Part shown: one piece after another, positions 44,529-52,180 of the stretch
How the letters are laid out: the number at the start of each line of letters is the position of its first letter
Position numbering within the stretch: position 1 is the stretch's first letter
Virus record (IMG/VR): IMGVR_UViG_3300001357_000001
Location: 64,001-128,000 of that record
Strand: one strand, 5' to 3'
DNA length: 64,000 bases
Source: a virus
Taxonomy: Duplodnaviria; Heunggongvirae; Uroviricota; Caudoviricetes
Translations under genes and position numbers: made by a program
Notes under the pieces: generated by a model
Databases searched by the model: none
What the model saw: the letters and a program-made list of their open reading frames with translations, nothing else
Told to the model about the DNA's origin: nothing

Positions 44529-45366
44529 TTATGGTAACAATTTAAATGTTTCCATATTTTTTCTTAATTTTTCGTTTTCAGCAATAATTGCATAATCATC
44601 TGCTTTCACATATGCTTCATGCTGATTAATTGCTTTAACGTAAAAGTTTAGAACTCTACCACTCGTAAGCGTGAGTTCAACCAGCCAATATTTCATAACT
44701 GGTTTTGCTGCTTTCTTTTTTTGTTTATTCATAATCTTAGTCTAAGCAGTAAAAGACTAAGATGTATCGTTTTCTTTTTTCATAATAAATGATTTGGTAT
44801 GTCTTCTTCGCAAATAAATACGTATTTGACATTATTTTTTCGATATTGTTTAAATTTTGAAGGTAAATCATCACAAGTACCACTATATAAATGAACACAG
44901 TGGTCGTGATAATAACCAGTTGTTTTTACCATTAAACCTTCCCAAGTATTAGCATATACAGCAATTATTTTTGTCGCCATAATTACTTTAATTTTCCCTT
45001 ATTTACTCTAGGGTTATATTTTTCCCAATGTTTTCGATATTTACTTATTTGTTTATCTAAATTAATATCAAGATTATTCTCTCTACGATGTAAAGAAGTA
45101 AATATGATTCCACTCATATCATCAGCATGAAAAATGCCTTGTGAATTGAACCACGCAACGGCAGGACCGTCATGCCATAACTGTAAAGTATTTCTAATAA
45201 ATGTACCATAACCATGATGAATCATCATAGCATCGTCTTCTGGTACTGATAACCATTTTTTAAATTTTTCACTACCTTCAGTTGAACACATATGACTTTT
45301 AACCCAATCCATACATTCATCAAGATTTCTGGTTTCTTCAATATTAAATTCTAATTTATCATCCAT
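44529..45366 (-). CDS. Small genes; 44983-45366 is DUF6794-like
   Basis: HHGYGTFIRNTLQLW...GIFHADDMSGIIF. Confidence 0.55.
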
Positions 45367-45387
45367 TTTATTGTTATTTAAATTTAG

Positions 45388-45463
45388 AACACCCGAAGGG
45401 ATTCGAACCCCCGACCCCCAAGTTCGTAGCTTGGTGCTCTAAATCCAACTGAGCTACGGGTGC
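45388..45463 (-). tRNA. tRNA-Arg(ACG)
   Basis: GCACCCG/CGGGTGT; CCAAG-CT ACG AA-CTTGG. Confidence 0.93.
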
Positions 45464-45822
45464 ATATTTGGTTTTCATCATAAGCGTAAGGATAACCAAA
45501 AACCTCGTAAACCAATGCCTTATGTTTATTTTAATAATTCAATCATTAAATCTCTTTTTCTCTCGCTATATACAATAATCATACAATGACCAGTATTATC
45601 GATAAATGCATAACCAGTTAATGGTTTATCATCAACAACTAATATTGTGTTCATTGTTTCTATTGTATATTTCATTTTAATCACAATTAATATTTAATTG
45701 ATTTGGATTCATATTAATATGTTCATATGCATCATCTTTATTATCAAATGATAAATATTCATCATAATCTTTATCATAACGTTCGGGATAATATTTATTA
45801 TTTATTTTTCTTACTCTATATT

Positions 45823-46690
45823 TCATATTAAATTATATGTTTTTGCCCATCTTCTTACAGCATTATCACTAACACCAAAAATTTTACCTATTTTTATGAA
45901 TGAATTATTATTAATTAATTTATTTAATTCTTTTTTTGATGGTCTATTTTTTACTTTTCTATCATTAATTCCTTTACAAACTTTACATCTTTTTGCTTTT
46001 TGTGTAATATTAGTACCACAATCAATACATTTGTTTTGATTAATATTTTTTTCTTTTTTGCTTTATTTCAAAATATTGTTTAGTATAAAAATTAATTTCT
46101 TCTTCATTTAAACTAAATTTTTTTAAATCATTAATTAATTGATTTATTATTTTATCTACATAAATTAAACTATAATGAATATTTATTATTTCCCAACCAT
46201 TTTCATTTAATATATTATTTCTTTCTAAATAATATTTTTTTAATGTGCCATTATTATTATAATGTTGATTACCATTAATTTCAACACCAATTAATTTATT
46301 TGGAAATGCTATATCAATACTATAATATTTATCAATCAATGGTTGATACTCTTCAATAAATGAAATATTTGCATTTTTTAATTTTTTCTTAAAAATTTCA
46401 CATGGTTTAGAAATAAATTTATTATTCATTTTCCACGGATGTTTATCTGGATTATTTTTTAAATATTTTTTACGTGCATTACTTATTTTTTTCTTACTTT
46501 CGCTGGTATGTTTAATTTTATGTAATCTCTTTATTAAATAACCTTCTTTTACCGCACGTTTTAACACAGTTAAACTAATATTAACTTTTTTAGGTAAATG
46601 AATCCAGTAAACACCCTCGTCATGTATTTTCTGAATTTTTTTCCAATCAATATTATTTAAATCTATTTTATTCATACATTCATTTTTCAT
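45823..46690 (-). CDS. DUF559/Vsr-like endonuclease with zinc-ribbon/HTH tail in a second frame (frameshift ~46045)
   Basis: IDIAFPNKLIGVEINGNQHY; other frame reads CIDCG...RCKVC...GKIFGVSDNAVRRW to TGA 45823. Confidence 0.65.
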
Positions 46691-46731
46691 ATAAATACTT
46701 TAAGTTAAGTAAATGTTCGAAAAATATTTTG

Positions 46732-46812
46732 AAGTGGTGGTGGGATTCGAACCCACATTTTCAGTTCCAATTACACGATATCGGTTTAGAAGACCGATGT
46801 GACTACACCACC
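46732..46812 (-). tRNA. Non-canonical tRNA-Arg(TCT): no D arm in normal position, D-loop-like segment after anticodon arm
   Basis: GGTGGTG-TAGTCAC-ATCGGT CT TCT AA ACCGAT-ATCGTGTAATTGGAACTGAAAAT-GTGGG TTCGAAT CCCAC-CACCACT. Confidence 0.7.
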
Positions 46813-46824
46813 ATGTTGTTGAGT

Positions 46825-47220
46825 CTATTGACTCAACATTTCTTTAACAATTGTACTAGCTGTTTTTTCATCTATTTGAGAAGCAACTGGTAATGTTTTA
46901 ATTTTACCCATTACTTTTCCCATATCTTTCATGCCTGAAAATTTATTAACATTAATAATTTCAGTAATGATATTTTTTATTTGGTTTTCATCAAGCATTT
47001 GAGGTAAATATTTTTCAAGTATTTTAACTTCATCATTATTACCTTGTTCTTTTGCATTTTCAGACATTTTACGAAGAACTTTAATTGACTGTTCATCAGT
47101 TAATTCTTTACCAATTCTTGAAAATTCCCCTGAAACAACTCTTAATAAGCTAAGTTCTTCAGTATTTTTACTTTTCATGGCATTTACCATGTCATTTTTA
47201 ATTTGTTCTTGTAATGTCAT
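46825..47220 (-). CDS. yqeY: GatB/YqeY domain protein
   Basis: MTLQEQIKNDMVNAMKSKN...EVKILEKYLPQML...MKDMGKVMG. Confidence 0.88.
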   Translation of the reverse strand: MTLQEQIKNDMVNAMKSKNTEELSLLRVVSGEFSRIGKELTDEQSIKVLRKMSENAKEQGNNDEVKILEKYLPQMLDENQIKNIITEIINVNKFSGMKDMGKVMGKIKTLPVASQIDEKTASTIVKEMLSQ

Positions 47221-47292
47221 AAGTATTATTTTTGATTGTTAATATTAATCTCGCCATTTACTCGTCATTTTGGCGAGATTGAGACGAAGATG

Positions 47293-47867
47293 TTATTTTA
47301 ATAAATCTTTTAATTGTTCTCGAACATGTGCTTTATAATTTTCAATTATTCTTATCTTTCCTCTTGCTGCTGGATGATGAATGTAATAATGTTTTATTTG
47401 TTGCTTTTTAAGCTCTCTCTCGACCTTTCTTCCCATAGCAACAACAATACCATTAAATGATTTAATGTCTTTAATATCATCCTCAAAAACGTTTTTAAAA
47501 GTTAATTTATTCCAATCTAATCCTAATGCATCAGTTGCTTTAGATAAATGTGCTGCTGCAAGTCTTCTATCCTTCCAAGTCCAACCTTTTTCAATTGCTG
47601 TTGGACTTCTTTCTTCACCAACAAATAATATGTTTTGCATAATATTTATTTTTTATATAAAACATTTTCTTTAACAATAGAAAATTTTTCTTCAGGAATA
47701 CTATCCTCTAATTTTCTAATTTGGTCTTCAATCTGTCTTTTCTTCTTGGCATCAGGACATTCACATTCATAATATAGCAAATATTCTTCATAACGACCAT
47801 CAATTTCTTTTCCACAAAATAAACAAATATTATATTCCCAAGATGAAATTATTCTTTGCTTTTCCAT
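47293..47867 (-). CDS. Hypothetical genes (47293-47640 weakly UDG-like; 47646-47867 CxxC)
   Basis: HHPAARG motif in the first. Confidence 0.5.
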
Positions 47868-47889
47868 ATTTAAATTTGTTTTATGTTTG

Positions 47890-47961
47890 CGCTCTGAGAG
47901 GGATTTGAACCCCCGACCAATAGATTAACAGTCTACTGCTCTACCACTGAGCTACCAGAGC
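47890..47961 (-). tRNA. tRNA-Asn(GTT)
   Basis: GCTCTGG/TCAGAGC; GTAGA-CT GTT AA-TCTAT. Confidence 0.93.
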
Positions 47962-48243
47962 ATTATTCAGTATTTTCGTTAATATCATCATTTACATATC
48001 CAATAACAATACCTATTACACCAATTAATAGTGATGTTGCTAATAGTTTTAAATTAAAAAATTCAATGGGTGCAAAACCCCATATTCCAGCAATAATTGA
48101 ATAAATAATACCGATAAAAAACATTGTAAATGCAATTTTTTTAACATTATCTTTTGTAAAATAATTAATGAAATTTTCAATTGTTTTAATATTTAATTTT
48201 AATTACCAAAGTTAATCAAATTATATTAAAAAACAAATAAAAG

Positions 48244-48285
48244 TTGACCCCACGAGACTCGAACTCGTAATCTCTTCGTTATGAA
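48244..48285 (-). pseudogene. 3' half only of a tRNA(CAT)
   Basis: TTCATAA-CGAAG-AGATT-ACGAG TTCGAGT CTCGT-GGGGTCA; 5' half replaced by end of HNH ORF. Confidence 0.7.
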
Positions 48286-48830
48286 TTTAATTTTTCATAA
48301 TATTTAACCCATTTCCTAATTGTATTATCTGAAACTCCATATTTTTTTCCAACAGAAACATAATTTGTTTCATTAATTTCTTTTAATAATAGTTCATAAT
48401 CAGGACGAACTACTTTTCTCTGCGATATTGAATTACATTTTTTACACCTATTATAACCATAATTAATTTCAATGCCACAATCAATGCATTTTGGTTTATT
48501 TATAGTTCGAATTGAAATAACTTTTTCATTAATGTTCTCTAACATTTTATCTAAATCGTTTATATTTAAATTGGGATGATGAGTTTCTCTATGGCAATTA
48601 GAACATAGCAAATTACATTTAGATACTTCTTCAATTAATTTAGACATTTTAGTATTTGCTAATTTCCTTACATCTAATTTAAATTCTTTTTCATTTGGGT
48701 CAATATGATGGAAATCAAATGCTGCGATATTTTTTGAATATCCACATTTTTCACATTTACCACCTTTTAATTTAATTAATTCTAATTTTCTTTTTAAACC
48801 TCTTAATTTTTGATATTCATATGTATTCAT
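48279..48830 (-). CDS. HNH endonuclease with zinc ribbon and HTH tail
   Basis: CEKCG...FDFHHIDP...CNLLCSNCHRETH. Confidence 0.88.
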   Translation of the reverse strand: MNTYEYQKLRGLKRKLELIKLKGGKCEKCGYSKNIAAFDFHHIDPNEKEFKLDVRKLANTKMSKLIEEVSKCNLLCSNCHRETHHPNLNINDLDKMLENINEKVISIRTINKPKCIDCGIEINYGYNRCKKCNSISQRKVVRPDYELLLKEINETNYVSVGKKYGVSDNTIRKWVKYYEKLNS

Positions 48831-48891
48831 AATAATGTTTTAATAATAAATACACGGAAATTATGAAAAGTATCATAAAAATAATCGTTAC

Positions 48892-48967
48892 TGGTAGTGA
48901 AGGTGGGATTCGAACCCACAACCTTGACGATATAAGCGTCCTGCGCTGACCGTTGCGCCACATCACT
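48892..48967 (-). tRNA. tRNA-Ile(TAT)
   Basis: AGTGATG/CTTCACT-A-CCA; GGACG-CT TAT AT-CGTCA. Confidence 0.88.
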
Positions 48968-49039
48968 ATATATTCTCTTTTAACCATTAGATAATTATTA
49001 GCCAAACGTTTATGAGAATTTAACACCAAATGTAATTAA

Positions 49040-49387
49040 TTATCTTCCTTCATATACCCACATAACAGCATTACAATATGCGTGTACAGCACCTTCAGTC
49101 ATTCCTGTTTCATGATTATGTTGCAATTGAATAGGATGATTTAAAAAATCAGGTGGAAATAAATCCCAATCAATTTTTTTTATTAAAATTTCTATTGGTG
49201 GAAGTTCATCTAATTTACAACCACAATAAAAACATTTATTATCTTGTTCTTCAATATATTGTTCTCTAACTAATTTTTTTTCGAAGCCTTGTAATTTTGT
49301 ATAATCAACAGGTAAATTATATTTCATATTAATAACTTTTATTTGTTCTATATCTTTCTCTTCTTTTATGTCTTCCATTACCAGCAT
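49040..49387 (-). CDS. Endonuclease VII-like HNH protein
   Basis: QDNKCFYCG...LQHNHETGMTEGAVHAYCN. Confidence 0.7.
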   Translation of the reverse strand: MLVMEDIKEEKDIEQIKVINMKYNLPVDYTKLQGFEKKLVREQYIEEQDNKCFYCGCKLDELPPIEILIKKIDWDLFPPDFLNHPIQLQHNHETGMTEGAVHAYCNAVMWVYEGR

Positions 49388-50012
49388 TGAGGGATTTATA
49401 TGTTGGAGTTAATGAATGACAATTTGGACATAGTAATTCTAAATTAGTTAAATTATTATTTTCAGAATTACCGTCTTTATGTTCTAATTCTATTGGTACT
49501 TTTCCAGTAATCGGATGTCTTTCATTCCAACCACATTTCATACATTTATTACCATGTCTTTCAATTAAATATTTTTTATATGTTTCTGAAGGATAATTAT
49601 TATAACCATTTTCTATGTTTGATTTTCGAATATTCCAATCGTATTTTACTTTACATGTTATTGAACAATATTTGATTTGACGATACGATAATTCATTATT
49701 ACACCAAATACAATATTTTTTATTACGTTTTCTTTTAACATGAATTTTATTATTTATTGTTGCAGCACATGAATTTGAACAATATTTTCTATTTTCAGAT
49801 ATTAATGAAGTAAATAATTCCCCACAATTTAAACAAGATTTTTCAATATAATAAGCATCTTTATTTTGTTTATAACCTAATTTATTTAATTTCTCTTTAA
49901 TTGCTTTTGGTGTTCTATCGATATTTTTTGATATTTCATTATACGTCATTCCGTTTTCACATAATGTTATTATTTTTTTTACGTCATAATCAGACCATCT
50001 TTTTCTTTTCAT
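49329..50012 (-). CDS. HNH endonuclease
   Basis: CMKCG...ELEHKDGNSENNNLTNLELLCPNCHS. Confidence 0.92.
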   Translation of the reverse strand: MKRKRWSDYDVKKIITLCENGMTYNEISKNIDRTPKAIKEKLNKLGYKQNKDAYYIEKSCLNCGELFTSLISENRKYCSNSCAATINNKIHVKRKRNKKYCIWCNNELSYRQIKYCSITCKVKYDWNIRKSNIENGYNNYPSETYKKYLIERHGNKCMKCGWNERHPITGKVPIELEHKDGNSENNNLTNLELLCPNCHSLTPTYKSLNAGNGRHKRRERYRTNKSY

Positions 50013-50074
50013 AATATTTATTTTATTATAAATACTATGAAAAAATAAAAAGACTAAAATCTATTTCGAAATAG

Positions 50075-50157
50075 AGCCTCCTGTCAGATTCGAACTGACG
50101 AGTTCTTTCGAAACTGGGTTACAAATCCAGCGCAATCGACCACTATGCGAAGGAGGC
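50075..50157 (-). tRNA. tRNA-Thr(TGT), long variable arm
   Basis: GCCTCCT/AGGAGGC; CTGGA-TT TGT AA-CCCAG. Confidence 0.88.
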
Positions 50158-50213
50158 ATGGAGAGGGACAGGTTATTTATACCTTTATATAGGGACTCCC
50201 TCAGACCCTTTTG

Positions 50214-50286
50214 AGCAGAAGACGGGATTCGAACCCGCAACTTTCAGATTGGAAATCTGACGCTCTGCCAATTGAGTTACTTCTGC
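50214..50286 (-). tRNA. tRNA-Gly(TCC)
   Basis: GCAGAAG/CTTCTGC; TCAGA-TT TCC AA-TCTGA. Confidence 0.93.
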
Positions 50287-50375
50287 ATTATCTCGACTTT
50301 TTACTGAATGCACTCATTCACCTGCAAGTTACAGTAGGTCTTACATTCGAGTGACCTTTAGGCGGTTTTTTTATG

Positions 50376-50450
50376 TGAGGATTCTCCGAGTTGAACGGAA
50401 GCCTACGGTTTTTCAGACCGTTGTACAATAACCACCTATACGAAATCCTC
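50376..50450 (-). tRNA. tRNA-Phe(GAA)
   Basis: GAGGATT/AATCCTC; ACGGT-CT GAA AA-ACCGT. Confidence 0.85.
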
Positions 50451-50556
50451 ATAATATTTTCACACCTTAGATTGCCTAAGTCTAAGTATTTCCCTCACTG
50501 AAGGATGCTGTGTATTTCTGGTTAAGACAAACACTTGTGTGACCAGATTTTAATTG

Positions 50557-50629
50557 TGGAATAGGAGGGATTTGAACCCCCAACCATCGGTACTTCACAC
50601 CGACACTCTACCAATTGAGTTACTATTCC
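50557..50629 (-). tRNA. tRNA-Phe(GAA), second copy (G32)
   Basis: GGAATAG/CTATTCC; TCGGT-GT GAA GT-ACCGA. Confidence 0.85.
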
Positions 50630-50699
50630 ATAAGAGGGTGAGGTCGGTCACGTATGTATGGTTGCGACCCATATCTTGCGACTCCTATTACACCCTTTG

Positions 50700-50773
50700 C
50701 GCACCCGAAGGGACTCGAACCCTTATATTCCTGATTAACAGTCAGACGCTCTAACCAATTCAGCCACAGATGC
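50700..50773 (-). tRNA. tRNA-Asn(GTT), second copy
   Basis: GCATCTG/CGGGTGC; TCTGA-CT GTT AA-TCAGG. Confidence 0.9.
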
Positions 50774-50779
50774 ATAATA

Positions 50780-50930
50780 TCCCTGCATGAGTCTTTATAC
50801 TCAATCTCTTCGTGTTATTTCGAACACAGTAATATCTCTCAAAATGTTTTGCGTTCCGTGTTGCCAACCACGGGTACAATCTAGCATTTCCCTGAATATT
50901 AAAGAGTAGCTGCTTAAAGCAAACAGGGAC
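50780..50930 (-). ncRNA. Candidate multi-hairpin RNA between tRNAs
   Basis: TCCCTG/CAGGGA closing stem; CCGTG-GTT-GGCA-AC-ACGG; GTGTT/AACAC; TGAGT/ACTCA. Confidence 0.45.
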
Positions 50931-51020
50931 TCGCACACTTTACATCAATTTATTGCTGCAACAATTAATCGTTTATAGTATTGTGTGAGAAACAATTTGA
51001 ATTGCAGTTCAAATCATTTG

Positions 51021-51103
51021 CGGAGAGTAAAGGAATCGAACCCTCGCCCCGAAGGACGGCACGGATTTCAAGTCCGCTTATCCACCATTGGATGCTACTC
51101 TCC
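51021..51103 (-). tRNA. tRNA-Ser(TGA)
   Basis: GGAGAGT/ACTCTCC; GCGGA-CT TGA AA-TCCGT. Confidence 0.93.
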
Positions 51104-51191
51104 AGTATCACTATGGAGAGGGTTTCACTCTCAATTTCATATGTAGTGACATGTATATCATATGAACCCGAACCATTTTTTATCGGCATTG

Positions 51192-51272
51192 TGGTTGGGA
51201 GGGTGGGATTTGAACCCACGTGTGACCAGACTACACTTTCTACTGCTTATCAGGCAGAGGTGATACATCCCA
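51192..51272 (-). tRNA. Non-canonical tRNA-Ile(GAT) with a D-arm-like hairpin after the anticodon arm
   Basis: TGGGATG-TATCACC-TCTGC CT GAT AA GCAGT-AGAAA-GTGT AGTCTGGTC ACAC-GTGGG TTCAAAT CCCAC-CCTCCCA-A-CCA. Confidence 0.7.
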
Positions 51273-51278
51273 ATGTTG

Positions 51279-51359
51279 AGCACGTAGAGGGATTCGAACC
51301 CCCGAACCTTTCGGATTGCTTTTGCAGAGCAACGCTTTTGACCACTCAGCAATACGTGC
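51279..51359 (-). tRNA. tRNA-Cys(GCA)
   Basis: GCACGTA/TACGTGC, U73; TTGCT-CT GCA AA-AGCAA. Confidence 0.92.
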
Positions 51360-51511
51360 ATATATGTAAAACTTTAGTCAATCATAGATTGTGCAGTAAT
51401 CACCACGTGCAGGTAGTTTTACCTGATTACCTAAACCAACATGTCAAAGAACATTAGTGCCAAACCTTATTTTTTATGATTATAAGTCTTGGCACTTATA
51501 ATTTTATGCAT

Positions 51512-51543
51512 AAAAAAACCCGAAACTTATGCTTCGGGTTTTT
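51512..51543 (-). terminator. Attenuator terminator of the large tRNA operon
   Basis: AACCCGAA-GCATAAGT-TTCGGGTT plus T-run. Confidence 0.8.
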
Positions 51544-51565
51544 GATTTTTTTAAACGATTCTTTC

Positions 51566-51697
51566 TTATATTCTAATATCATTAAAACCAGTACCCGAAT
51601 TCATATCTCTGCCAAAATTTGAACAGAATATACTATTCCCATTGCGACTAATAATTGTCGTTGACGAAATAATACTATTTATGTTTCTTGTTTCCAT
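51566..51697 (-). CDS. Leader peptide (43 aa) of the large tRNA operon
   Basis: METRNINSIISSTTIISRNGNSIFCSNFGRDMNSGTGFNDIRI; between promoter and terminator; contains antiterminator TTCGGGT. Confidence 0.8.
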   Translation of the reverse strand: METRNINSIISSTTIISRNGNSIFCSNFGRDMNSGTGFNDIRI

Positions 51698-51783
51698 TTT
51701 AATTTTATTTAAATTTTTGTAAATTTCTTTCTTCTAAATACGTGACAAAGATATAAAATGTTACATTAATACCAAACTTTTTT

Positions 51784-52062
51784 TTATTTTTTTGCTAAAT
51801 AATTTTCAAATTGACTTATAATTTCCAGATTATCAGAATCATAAGAAATTAAATTAAATTGTAATTTTATAGTATCTGATAGATGTTTTATTGTAAAATT
51901 ACCATCAAAATCAGTATATACTGTATCACAATCTGAAATAATTCTAACACCAGCAAGTTCTTCTCTGGTATTTTTATCTAATATTTTACCAGTAATTATA
52001 TTATTAGAATTACTTGGATTGATGAACATTAGAGATAACGAAATAATTAATATTTTTAACAT
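51784..52062 (-). CDS. Secreted carboxypeptidase-regulatory-like (CarboxypepD_reg) domain protein
   Basis: Signal peptide; ITGKILDKNTREELAGV.I...TDFDGNFTI...LISY. Confidence 0.75.
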   Translation of the reverse strand: MLKILIISLSLMFINPSNSNNIITGKILDKNTREELAGVRIISDCDTVYTDFDGNFTIKHLSDTIKLQFNLISYDSDNLEIISQFENYLAKK

Positions 52063-52180
52063 AACTTTTTTTACATAATTACTTCAAATATATAATAAGT
52101 ATGTTAAGTGAACATTATCATTATATTAAAAAAAACCTGAATTATTAATTCAGGTTTTCAGTTATTATTGTAAATTTGAT

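Noticed and set aside
50158-50375. Theta (HDV-like) ribozymes at tRNA 3' ends
   Set aside because: No P1/P3/L3 TCC nested pseudoknot could be built in the trailers examined; only simple hairpins.
50554-51457. ORF-track ORFs over the tRNA cluster (50554-50754, 50965-51219, 50981-51457, 51158-51361)
   Set aside because: Shadow translations of tRNA genes (GSNP, GFEP patterns).
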